Source: Gammaproteobacteria bacterium RIFCSPHIGHO2_12_FULL_35_23
GTDB lineage: Bacteria > Pseudomonadota > Gammaproteobacteria > UBA12402
Length of the DNA: 64,000 nt
Direction: 5' to 3'
Assembly: GCA_001801465.1 (NCBI GenBank)
Contig: MGXT01000020.1
Location: forward strand, 134,228 to 198,227
The notes under the pieces were generated by a model. It saw only the letters and a list, made by a program, of their open reading frames with translations, did no database searches and was not told the DNA's origin. A program made the position numbers and the translations under genes. This document shows, piece by piece, positions 40,440 through 50,028 of this stretch (within the stretch, counting starts at the first letter, position 1; every line of letters begins with the position of its first letter).

Positions 40440-42470
40440 TCAAAACGGTCTACATTCTAGTACTGGAGGAGGATCTTTTAAACTTACAATCAATTCATGT
40501 AAATAACTTTTAAGTTTATTTCGGTTTGTCAAATTTAATTCTTCTATAGTAGTAGATAAATAATAAGCCAGACAGTAAGCAAAAGCATGTTTAGGTAAAT
40601 TTAATGAGCTGAGGGTCTCTAATTTAGAGATCAGGTTTTGGTAAGGGTTATAGGCCCAAAATCCCAAACGAAAATCTGGCATGGTAGTAATATCTGATAA
40701 TTCTCTATGTACCTGTGAGCAAAATTCTTCAGGGCTAAGTAATTCTAGTAAAAAATAATAATCAGGATTAATTACAGACTTTGTATCAATACCTAATGAA
40801 GCCAAAAGGAGATTTTTCTCAAACCAAGGCAGTTTTTCTGTAAGCTGATAAACAGCAACAAGAAAATCACTTTTATTAGTAAGAGCTAATTGCATAAAAT
40901 TAGCAATTGCCAAGAATGAAGCACTCTCTTTTTCAAAATTATCTTTAAAAACTGAAATAGCGCCTCTAACGGCAATTAATAACTCAACAAAATCATCTGT
41001 AGTTGAATACTTGTAGAACTCTACCAGAGGTTTTAAGTTAGAATTTCTTGTTAATCTAGCTGAGATGATGGCATCGATGCTAATAGAAGAAAAAGTTTCT
41101 AAAATAGCTGCTGGGCAAGCTTCTAATTCATCTGGGAGAGCCGAGAGTGTAACATAAGAATTCCTAGCAAGTAGTAAAGTATAAGTAATATCTTCAAATT
41201 GAGTATTAGTTTGTTGATCTATTAATTGGTCGTAAAGAAAAAAATGATGGTGAGCAAGATTAATTAAAAGAGTTAAAGTTTCATCAGTTAGCAAGTGAAA
41301 AATATTAGAAAACTCAGTTTTAGTAGCTAATTCAGCCTTGATACTAGCTATATCATGAGTAAGAAGTTCTCTCCAAGGTAGGCTTATAAATACATGGATT
41401 AAATTATGTAATATGGTTTTAAGTTCAAGACCAAGCGCACTAAAGAAATCATCAGGCAGTCGATCAATTTTTGGAGAAAATTCTGGGAAAAGCATTATTA
41501 ACATAGGTTTAAGTTGGCTAGGATCTAACAGTTGTATTAAATTAAAAATAGAGCTTTCATATAACGTTGTAATTAAATTTAAAGTTTCTCTTACTGAAAC
41601 TAAAAGCGAATCTATTGTGATACCATCAAAATATGAAGCTTCATAGCGTAATCGCCGTTCCCTTATCGGATTGCTTCGAAGATTAATGGAATAAGGATTA
41701 TTTTTTATTAAATTTTGTTCTGCTACCGCATATTGTACAATTGAATAAATAAAATCATAAGAATAGCCTGTTGCATAAATATATAAACAATAAAATAATG
41801 AAAATAGATCTTGAGTAAAATGAGCGAGTGGTGCATCTTTAGATTCACAAAAAGTTCTATTTGCCGTCCAATAATAGCAATCCTCAGTAATGACAGTTGC
41901 GAATTTATTGCTACGATAACTATGCTGAAAGTCAATGAAATTAATTTCATACTCACCAGCTTCATTTTTAAAGATCATAATATTTTCTAATTTTAAATCA
42001 CCATGAATATAACTCTTTTGGTGGAGCTCTTTTAATTTATTTAAAATGGCAATAAGAATTTTTAATCTTTCAATAATATTTGGATTTTGGGTAGAAAAAT
42101 ACTGTTGTAGATTAACGCCTTTAATGCGCGACATTATAAAAAAATACATCAAGTTATCTTGATCTAAAGCTTTAAAATGTAGAGCGGTAGAAAAGCGATA
42201 TAATCTAGTAAATATTAAAGCTTCTATTATTATATGAATTTCAAGATCTTTTTTAACCACGCCTTGCTTAAGAACAATATCGGGTATTAAATCAGAAGAA
42301 TGTAAAGAAAAGATAGATCCCCAGGCACCTTCACCTAAACTAGGTCCAATTGTTAAAGGTATAGATGTGCCAGAATGTAAAGTAGGAGGAGGGGATAAAA
42401 TAGCGCAAGGAATATTTAAAAAAGATCCACCTTTTAACTGTAAACGATAATTGATAATGACTTCAGACAT
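40440..42470 (-). CDS. eukaryotic-like Ser/Thr protein kinase domain protein with ~430-aa helical C-terminal region (candidate effector kinase)
   Basis: Gly-rich loop LGEGAWGSIF (aa 44-52), VLK lysine (aa 66-68), conserved Glu in IIIEALIF (aa 80-87), catalytic loop HGDLKLENIMI (aa 156-166), DFQ (aa 180-182) with canonical spacing. Confidence 0.7.
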   Translation of the reverse strand: MSEVIINYRLQLKGGSFLNIPCAILSPPPTLHSGTSIPLTIGPSLGEGAWGSIFSLHSSDLIPDIVLKQGVVKKDLEIHIIIEALIFTRLYRFSTALHFKALDQDNLMYFFIMSRIKGVNLQQYFSTQNPNIIERLKILIAILNKLKELHQKSYIHGDLKLENIMIFKNEAGEYEINFIDFQHSYRSNKFATVITEDCYYWTANRTFCESKDAPLAHFTQDLFSLFYCLYIYATGYSYDFIYSIVQYAVAEQNLIKNNPYSINLRSNPIRERRLRYEASYFDGITIDSLLVSVRETLNLITTLYESSIFNLIQLLDPSQLKPMLIMLFPEFSPKIDRLPDDFFSALGLELKTILHNLIHVFISLPWRELLTHDIASIKAELATKTEFSNIFHLLTDETLTLLINLAHHHFFLYDQLIDQQTNTQFEDITYTLLLARNSYVTLSALPDELEACPAAILETFSSISIDAIISARLTRNSNLKPLVEFYKYSTTDDFVELLIAVRGAISVFKDNFEKESASFLAIANFMQLALTNKSDFLVAVYQLTEKLPWFEKNLLLASLGIDTKSVINPDYYFLLELLSPEEFCSQVHRELSDITTMPDFRLGFWAYNPYQNLISKLETLSSLNLPKHAFAYCLAYYLSTTIEELNLTNRNKLKSYLHELIVSLKDPPPVLECRPF

Positions 42471-42587
42471 ACAAGGTATATTAACTCTTATTAAAAAGCT
42501 AATTATAATAAAATAATATTAAATTAAGCTTAAGATATCATAAATATTTTTTGCTCGTTCTTTGTTAGAATGGGGAGGGTAAAAAAT

Positions 42588-43529
42588 TTACGGGCTTGGA
42601 TAAAAAAATGTTACTTCATGTTTATTATGAAATAAATGTAATACCTTACTGTTGTGAATAGCTTGAAATAATTGTATTGATTCGAAGTCGGTTTTGCCTT
42701 GTAACTTTATAGTAATAATAAACTGTGTAACTTTGCCGCTTTCTAGCCAAGGTATTAACCATTGATATAAGCGTTTTGGATAACAAGCAATATCAGCTAC
42801 TAACCAATCAATGCTGTCAAAATCTTGTGGTTTCAAACTAAAAGCAGAGGTTAATTTGGTAGTGACGCCTGATAGTTTAGCAATGTTTTCTGCTAAAGGT
42901 GCTTTATCAATAGCTAGTACTTTTACACCAAGCTGTTGTAATACATAGGTCCACCCACCTGGAGAAGCTCCTAAATCTAATGCAAATTCATTTGCTTTGG
43001 GGTAACGATTTAAAATAGCCAAGGCTTCCCAAAGTTTTAAATAGGCACGATTAGGAGGATTGATTTTATCTTCTTTAAAGGAATAACACCCGTTAGGTAC
43101 TAGTTTACTGCGTTTGGTTGCATAAATTAAATTAGTAGGTGTTAGTAAAGTAAAGACGCCCAATGAAGGAATGGATGGACAGGGAAAAGATAAGTTTTTT
43201 AAATTTTTGTAATAAGGAAAATTTTCCGCGATTAATAAAGTTCTTCTTGCATAAAGTTCTGGATAAGGATACCAATAAGATTGCAAAGCTTTAAGCTTTT
43301 TTACAGCATCATTAATCGAATCAATTGGCAAAAGCTGAGGATTTTTCCAGATATCTAAAGCAAAAACAGGCTCTTGGTCTTTTTTGGCAATAAAAAGATT
43401 GTTTATGATGGTTTGTATATCTTTTAATTCATGTTGCAATTCATACTGAAAGCTTGGTTTGGCTAAATAAATGGCGTGTTTATCCCAATTGACACGCTGA
43501 ATTAATTTTGCTGATTCATCATCTTTCAT
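42588..43529 (-). CDS. rlmM: 23S rRNA (cytidine2498-2'-O)-methyltransferase RlmM
   Basis: LDLGASPGGWTYVLQQ SAM-binding motif and DIACYPKRL, FIITIKLQGK blocks match RlmM C-terminal FtsJ-like domain. Confidence 0.8.
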   Translation of the reverse strand: MKDDESAKLIQRVNWDKHAIYLAKPSFQYELQHELKDIQTIINNLFIAKKDQEPVFALDIWKNPQLLPIDSINDAVKKLKALQSYWYPYPELYARRTLLIAENFPYYKNLKNLSFPCPSIPSLGVFTLLTPTNLIYATKRSKLVPNGCYSFKEDKINPPNRAYLKLWEALAILNRYPKANEFALDLGASPGGWTYVLQQLGVKVLAIDKAPLAENIAKLSGVTTKLTSAFSLKPQDFDSIDWLVADIACYPKRLYQWLIPWLESGKVTQFIITIKLQGKTDFESIQLFQAIHNSKVLHLFHNKHEVTFFYPSP

Positions 43530-44122
43530 TTTGATGTAGGGATAAATGAGACCAGGCGAGTAACGGATAGTTTGCCTTGGGTATCAAACCTAAATTGAGT
43601 GTTAGCAATGCCAATAACCGGGCAGGCTAGACAGCCATTGGTAATACGCAGTGAAACATTAAAGTTTTGTGAGCCATCTTTATTGACATGGGGAACTGGA
43701 ACGCCAGAGCTAGTAATCATAAAATTACTTTTTACATATTTTTTTGCTAAAGTTGAATCCAAATTGCGAGGATCTACTGCGGTATCAATAAGATTATTTT
43801 GAGGGGTTAATAAATAATATTTATATTGGCCGTCAGCAAAAAATTGCACAGTAATAACTTGGATATTATTAATTTTATTAACACTAATAGCATCAGGTGT
43901 GGTATTTAACTGATTAGCTAAGGTGTTTAATTGTTGGCAAATGGGATTTTTACTAACTACTTGTTGAATACAGCTGGGTTGATAGAAAGCACCTTGTTTA
44001 GGACAATTTTTTAATAAAGCACTACATTGTTGATAATTAGCGAAATTTAAAGTAGTTCCTAAAACAGCGATGGGCATTACTATTAATAAAGAAAGAGTGG
44101 TTTTTTGTTGCATAATAGACAC
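43526..44122 (-). CDS. Cys-rich secreted hypothetical protein
   Basis: Signal peptide; 9 Cys in mature part; 4-bp overlap with rlmM start (translational coupling). Confidence 0.45.
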   Translation of the reverse strand: MSIMQQKTTLSLLIVMPIAVLGTTLNFANYQQCSALLKNCPKQGAFYQPSCIQQVVSKNPICQQLNTLANQLNTTPDAISVNKINNIQVITVQFFADGQYKYYLLTPQNNLIDTAVDPRNLDSTLAKKYVKSNFMITSSGVPVPHVNKDGSQNFNVSLRITNGCLACPVIGIANTQFRFDTQGKLSVTRLVSFIPTSK

Positions 44123-44207
44123 CTTTTTCTATGTAAAACTTGACTCATTAAGTAAAGAGATTAATTATACCTAGTTACAGAGTTTAAATATAGGGATAGA
44201 CTTAAGG

Positions 44208-45779
44208 ATGAGAAATTTAATCAAATTTATAGCAAAGAGCAGAAAGCAAATTAGTTTATTGCTAGGTATTGGTTTGTTAATTGGTTTTTCAGTGGTAGGA
44301 GCTGCCAATCAGCCAGTAAGTTCGGATCAATATATTACTTTAAATATCATTAAAAAAATGATTACTGTTGATGGTAAGCAAGCAACAGTTTATCAAATAC
44401 AGCAACCTAATGGGACTTTAGGTTACGAGGGAGTTTTAGGCCAACGATTTAATGTCATAGTGGTTAATAAAACTAGTGAACCAACGATTTTGCATTGGCA
44501 TGGCTTAATTGTGCCCAATAACCAAGATGGTGTACCTTATCTTACCCAAAAACCCATTATGCCAGGTCAATCGTTTACCTATAGCTTTCCTTTACGTCAA
44601 TCAGGAACCTATTGGATGCATGGTCATTTTCAATTACAAGAGCAGCAATTACTGGCAGCGCCATTAATTATTCAATCACCAGCAGACAGTAAGCAAGGTT
44701 ATCAAGATGTAGTAATGATGTTAGAAGATTTTACTTTTAAAAATCCTGCAGCAATTTTAGCAAACTTAAAATGTGAAAGTGTGCTTTCAGGTTCCTCATC
44801 ATTAACCAATACGGTGATGCCTATGGCTATGAGTTCTCATCATAGAGACTTAAATGATGTAAAATATGATGCTTTTTTAACAAATGGACAAACTTTACAG
44901 CAACCGGATGTTATTAAAGTTCAAGCTGGTAAAACAGTGCGGCTACGAATTATTAATGGTTCCGCTAGTAGCAATTTTTTTATTAACTTGGGAACCTTAA
45001 CTGGTCAAGCAGTGGCGGTTGACGGTCATGATATAGTGCCTATTAGTAAAAAACAATTTCAATTAAGTATGGGACAGCGTTTAGATATATTGGTTGCTAT
45101 CCCTTCTCAAGGAGGTGCCTATCCAATTCTTGCCCAAGGCGAGGGAACTACAATGCAAACAGGTTTAATTTTAGCTACGAACCAAGCAACAATCCCGCAG
45201 CTTAGTGAAACAACCAATACTATGGCTGGAGCTTTCAATTATTCAGATGAATTACAATATCGGGCTATTCATCCGCTTCCTAATAAACCGGTCATTAGAG
45301 TGCTTGCGGTTGATTTAGAGGGTAATATGCAAAACTACCTGTGGACAATTAATTATAAAGCCTGGCCTTATTACCAGCCTTTAATAGTTAAGAAGGGAGA
45401 GCGAGTTGAATTAGTTTTTACTAATTCAACAGATATGGAGCATCCTATGCATTTACATGGACATGTATTTGAAGTAACTGAAATTAATGGCAAGGAAATA
45501 AGAGGAGCCTTTAGAGATACTGTAGATGTAATGCCTCACTCTACGGTAAAAGTGCAATTTGATGCTAATAATCCTGGGGTGTGGTTGTTACATTGTCATA
45601 ACTTATATCACGCAGCAGCCGGTATGGCGACGGTATTGGAATATAGTGGTTATCAAGCGCCCACCTATACTAAAGCTGAAAAGGCAAGTATTTCAACACC
45701 ATTATGGAAAGCATGGTTTGATAATCCAACCAACCCCTATGCTGCTTGTCAGGCTGCAGCCAAACAATTAAGTCAATAA
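44208..45779 (+). CDS. multicopper oxidase (CueO/CopA-like)
   Basis: Copper-binding HWHG, HGHF, HPMHLHGH, HCHNLYHAAAGM motifs; N-terminal signal. Confidence 0.85.
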   Translation: MRNLIKFIAKSRKQISLLLGIGLLIGFSVVGAANQPVSSDQYITLNIIKKMITVDGKQATVYQIQQPNGTLGYEGVLGQRFNVIVVNKTSEPTILHWHGLIVPNNQDGVPYLTQKPIMPGQSFTYSFPLRQSGTYWMHGHFQLQEQQLLAAPLIIQSPADSKQGYQDVVMMLEDFTFKNPAAILANLKCESVLSGSSSLTNTVMPMAMSSHHRDLNDVKYDAFLTNGQTLQQPDVIKVQAGKTVRLRIINGSASSNFFINLGTLTGQAVAVDGHDIVPISKKQFQLSMGQRLDILVAIPSQGGAYPILAQGEGTTMQTGLILATNQATIPQLSETTNTMAGAFNYSDELQYRAIHPLPNKPVIRVLAVDLEGNMQNYLWTINYKAWPYYQPLIVKKGERVELVFTNSTDMEHPMHLHGHVFEVTEINGKEIRGAFRDTVDVMPHSTVKVQFDANNPGVWLLHCHNLYHAAAGMATVLEYSGYQAPTYTKAEKASISTPLWKAWFDNPTNPYAACQAAAKQLSQ

Positions 45780-45791
45780 TTAGGAGGTTTT

Positions 45792-46403
45792 ATGAAACTA
45801 TACTATTCCAAAGGAGCTTGTTCTTTAGCAATCCGTATCATAATACATGAAATTGGAGTGACTAGTGAATTTGAGGCTGTGAATTTGAAAAATAAAACAA
45901 CTGAAGCAGGAGAAAATTATTTATTAATTAATCCTAAAGGTGCTGTGCCAGCGCTCATGACAGCAGATAATGAGCTCTTAACAGAAAATTTAGTTATTCA
46001 ACTTTATTTAGCAGAAAAATATAAAGCGACCAATTTGTTACCTACAGCAGATAATTTTAAACGTTATCGGGTTTTAGAGTGGTTAAACTATATTAGTACG
46101 GATGTTCACAAATCATTTGGCCCATTATTTAATCCAAATGTTTCAGAAGAAATGAAGGAAACTGTCTTTATACCACTATTAAGAAATAAGCTTGTTTTTA
46201 TCAACGATCACTTAATCAATAAAAACTATTTATTGAACGATCAATTTACTTTACCAGATGCTTATTTATTTGTGGTATTGCGGTGGGTTGCCACATTTAA
46301 AATAGATTTAGCTAAATTTGAGAACTTATCTCGCTATGTCACTGTTTTGGCTAATCGAGAATCTATTGTACTATCTTTACAAGAAGAAGGATTAAAGAAG
46401 TAA
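45792..46403 (+). CDS. glutathione S-transferase
   Basis: MKLYYSKGACSLAIRII N-terminal thioredoxin-like GST motif, 203 aa. Confidence 0.8.
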   Translation: MKLYYSKGACSLAIRIIIHEIGVTSEFEAVNLKNKTTEAGENYLLINPKGAVPALMTADNELLTENLVIQLYLAEKYKATNLLPTADNFKRYRVLEWLNYISTDVHKSFGPLFNPNVSEEMKETVFIPLLRNKLVFINDHLINKNYLLNDQFTLPDAYLFVVLRWVATFKIDLAKFENLSRYVTVLANRESIVLSLQEEGLKK

Positions 46404-46446
46404 TTTATTTTGAATTCAACTTATAAGCGTAACTTTTGTTAAATAG

Positions 46447-46828
46447 CTAATTAGTTAAATTGCTTTCTGAGATTGCGAAGGAAATCGTCGTGCACAAATC
46501 AACTATTAGCCGAGAGCTGAAAAGAATATTACGTTTGTCAGAACTAAATTGGGCCCCCTGGTAATATAAACTTGACTAAGTGCAAAGTTATGTTGATCAA
46601 CGACATAAAAACAAGCCAAAGCAGGTTAAATTCACTAAGAAGGTCGAAACCTTTGTTCGATAAAAATTGTTAAAAGATTGGAGTTCCGAACAAGTTAATG
46701 GTTATTACTGGTAGACTCAACAAGCGATCTAGAAGATCATTAGGCTTTTATATGCGAAACGAAATATTTTACGAGAAACAAGGCCGCTATGATGGACGCT
46801 ACTGATTTTACAAAATTAATCGGAGAAG
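46447..46828 (+). mobile_element. degraded IS30-family transposase fragment (N-terminal ~125 codons with stops; catalytic DDE domain absent)
   Basis: Translated frames give IAKEIVVHKSTISRELKR (IS30 HTH signature) and LLKDWSSEQVNGYYW (IS30 W-SPEQI block), interrupted by stops; 3' part missing. Confidence 0.55.
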
Positions 46829-47950
46829 ATGATGTTAAAATTAACTACTGATCAAGATATAAAAGATTTTACAGTGGGATGTTGTTTTTTTGGTACTGGC
46901 GGTGGTGGCAATGCCAGTTTTGGTGAAAGGATGTTGCGAGATGCTCTTGAGTTAGGGAAAGAAATTGTCATAGTAGATTCCAATGATATTGATGATAAAG
47001 ACTGGATTATTTGTCCTTATTTAATGGGAACAAGTGGTCCTGAAACTGATGAAACCAAGCAAGAAAAAATAAAACAAGGTTTATCAATAGCAACTGTTGG
47101 TAATATGCCTGCTGCTGCAACAGATTTACTTTTGAAAACCTTCGGAGAAAATGTAACTTTATCTGCGATTATTCCTTATGAAATAGGTGCTGCTGCCACT
47201 TCAAGTGCAGTTGCAACCGCTGCGATGCTTGGTATACCAACGATTGATGCTGATTTTGTAGGACGATCTGTTCCTGAAGCAACCCAAATGTTGCCCGCAC
47301 TTTATGGTATTGACTTATGCCCAACTGCTAGCTCTGATGCATTTGGTAATGAAACGATTATTAGCAAAGCTGTGAACAGGCATATGATTGAGCGCATTGG
47401 TAAGCATATTGCTTTGGCTTCATTTGGGTTAATTGGACAAGCCACGTTGTTACATCAGGCAGAAGTATTAAAGAAATATATGCTGTCTGGTACCTTATCT
47501 AAGGCATTTGCCGTTGGTAAGATACTGCGTGAGGCCAAAAATACCAACAAAGGCGTTGAAACAATTTTAAGAGAGCTGGTAGGTTCAAAAAAGGTATTCG
47601 AGGGAGTTATAGCTACGTTTACTGGCTATGATGAGAAAGGCTATTATGTTGGTGAGATCGTTATCAGTGGTAAAAATGAATTTGAAGGATCAACATTAAA
47701 AATTTGGTTTAAGAATGAAAACCATATTGCTTGGAAAGATGAAGCTGTTTATCTAACAAGTCCAGATTTGATTTCTATCATAGATCAGAATTTGTGCGAG
47801 CCTTATGTCAATAACCAATTAAAAGAAGGTTTGCAAGTTACAGTTTACGGAACACCAGCGCACTCTGCATGGCATGAGGAAAAGGCTTTGGAAGCTAATT
47901 CTCCCAGGTATTATGGTTTTAATTTTGATGCCAAGTTTATGGATAGATGA
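46829..47950 (+). CDS. DUF917-family protein (hydantoinase-associated type)
   Basis: N-terminal GCCFFGTGGGGN glycine-rich motif recalled from DUF917; 373 aa. Confidence 0.45.
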   Translation: MMLKLTTDQDIKDFTVGCCFFGTGGGGNASFGERMLRDALELGKEIVIVDSNDIDDKDWIICPYLMGTSGPETDETKQEKIKQGLSIATVGNMPAAATDLLLKTFGENVTLSAIIPYEIGAAATSSAVATAAMLGIPTIDADFVGRSVPEATQMLPALYGIDLCPTASSDAFGNETIISKAVNRHMIERIGKHIALASFGLIGQATLLHQAEVLKKYMLSGTLSKAFAVGKILREAKNTNKGVETILRELVGSKKVFEGVIATFTGYDEKGYYVGEIVISGKNEFEGSTLKIWFKNENHIAWKDEAVYLTSPDLISIIDQNLCEPYVNNQLKEGLQVTVYGTPAHSAWHEEKALEANSPRYYGFNFDAKFMDR

Positions 47951-48017
47951 TTGCACTTATTTCTTGAAACCACCTTATGAAAGACTCAACTATAGTGGTT
48001 GAGTCTTATTTTATTAT

Positions 48018-48812
48018 TTAGGGAGCTGAAGGAAGCAGTACTTGGTAGATTGGTATAGAAGCTTCTTTACCTGCCATGGCAACATTGCAAGTGCCTGTTA
48101 CTACTTTACCTACATAGTAAGTATTATTAATATTCAATCTACAAATATAAAGAACATGGTTATATTCAAAACCACCTACAATAGGAGTTACAGCAGTGTG
48201 ATCTTTCTTGGTGGTTGCGGTTAAGGGTGTAGAAGAAGGAGCATTAGGTATCCAAACTGGTTGTTGTAAATTGATAAAGGGTTCTTGAGGGACTTTATTT
48301 CCATCTTGCCAGTATCCTTTATAGTTGCTAACTAAAATTTTATAGCTTGGGATAGTATACGCTAAGCCACTATATGTTATCACACAACCCTTATTGGAAA
48401 CTCGTCCCGGATACAAGGCATTAGCATAGCTGGCTTGACAAATATAAATTTTTTGTTGACTGTCAACAGAAAAAGCATCTTTAGGTAATTGATTATTTTG
48501 ACTTGTTACCCAATAGAAACCCGTGGATGTTTGTTTAAAGTTGGAAATTTTTTTCTTAATAGAGTTTATTTGAGCTTGCAAAGAAACCATAGCTTGTATT
48601 TGTACCTCTATTTGACGTTGTATATTTTTTTTAGAACTTTCAAGCTGAAGTAAGCTTACTTGTAAAGATTGCAGATTTTCATTTACAGTAGGTTGGCTAT
48701 TTTTTATAACTATTGCTTGCGTAGAGGTTGTTGTTTTAGCAAAAATAATAAGAGGCAAAGTAGTCAGTCCAGCAGTTAACAAAGTAAAAATAAATTTATA
48801 GCGAGTAGACAT
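48018..48812 (-). CDS. secreted protein with coiled coil and two DM9 (DUF3421) repeats
   Basis: Signal peptide; repeats LPKDAFSVDSQQKIYICQASYANALYPGRVSNKGCVITYSGLAYTIPSYKILV and GGFEYNHVLYICRLNINNTYYVGKVVTGTCNVAMAGKEASIPIYQVLL fit DM9 consensus. Confidence 0.6.
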   Translation of the reverse strand: MSTRYKFIFTLLTAGLTTLPLIIFAKTTTSTQAIVIKNSQPTVNENLQSLQVSLLQLESSKKNIQRQIEVQIQAMVSLQAQINSIKKKISNFKQTSTGFYWVTSQNNQLPKDAFSVDSQQKIYICQASYANALYPGRVSNKGCVITYSGLAYTIPSYKILVSNYKGYWQDGNKVPQEPFINLQQPVWIPNAPSSTPLTATTKKDHTAVTPIVGGFEYNHVLYICRLNINNTYYVGKVVTGTCNVAMAGKEASIPIYQVLLPSAP

Positions 48813-48879
48813 AAAAATCCTGATTGTTGATAATTATTAGAGCTATCATAGCAGTTAAATTAAAATTAATGAATTTGAT

Positions 48880-49917
48880 TTGCGTTTTCCTTGTAAAAAA
48901 ATTTTCCAAGGCATTGATCTTACTAGTGATACAGCCACTTTGCCAACCGTAGAGATGAAGGAAGCTATGTTTAATGCTGTATTGGGTGATGAGCAAAAGC
49001 ATGAAGATCCAACTACACAAAAATTAGAAGATTATGTCGCTTTTTTATTAGGGCAGGATTGGGTATCATTTTTATCTTCTGCAACAATGGCAAATATAAT
49101 TGCAATTAACTTATTATGCCAACCTGGTGATGAACTGATTGTAGCTGAAAAAAGCCATATTATTACTTCAGAAGGTGGGGGGCCTGCAATTCATTCAGGC
49201 GTATTAATTAAACCAATTAAAACGCAAACAGGAATTTTTTCAGATAATGATTTACGAAATATTTATCGTTGGTCAAAAAGCCTTCGTTACCCACTTCAAA
49301 CTTGTCTTAGTATTGAAAACACAACAAATCTTGGGGGGTATTGCTTGGGATTTGGTAACTTTACAATTAGTATTATCTGTCGCTAAAGAGTTTCATTTTA
49401 AAACTCATTTGGATGGAGTAGCTGCGGTTAGGCTAGGAGTTACTGCCAAACAATTAGCTATAAATTTTGATATGATCACAATTTTTTTTCTAAAGGATTA
49501 GGTTGTCCCATGGGTGCGATGCTTGCATTTAAAGAATCATTTTATGAGCGCACTGAGCGTCTTAAACATCTTTTTGGCGGTGCATTAAGGCAAAGTGGTA
49601 TAATTGCTGCAGCAGGTCTTTATGCTTTAGAAAATCATGTAAATCGTTTGGCAGAAGATCATGATAATGCAATGTATTTAGCAAATAGATTAAGTGAAAT
49701 CAGTGAAATTCAAATTGAGTATCATGAAAATTCAACTAATAGGGTGTTTTTTACCTGGCAAGGTAAAAACATATTTTCTTTGCAATTTTTAGAGAGATGT
49801 ATTGAAAAAGGCGTAAGGTTTTCACAGGTTGATCAGAATAGATTTCGAGCAGTAACATATTTAGGAATTAATAAAAAGACTATAGACAAAGTTATTACAA
49901 TTATGAAAGATATTTAA
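48880..49917 (+). pseudogene. ltaE: low-specificity L-threonine aldolase gene disrupted by two frameshifts and a small deletion
   Basis: Three consecutive ORFs in frames 1/2/1 together align along LtaE (DLTSDTATLPT..., ENTTNLGG | HLDG... | SKGLGCPMGAML...RQSGIIAAAGLYALENHVNRLAEDHDNA); shifts at G-run ~49333 and T8 run ~49483. Confidence 0.75.
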
Positions 49918-50028
49918 TTTAATCTAAGTGATAAGAAATTTTTTAAAATACTTATTTTAACTATAGTCAGCTTAATTTTTCCGAGGTACTATTATTGCTT
50001 AAACTTAATAATATATTGGGACGTTATA

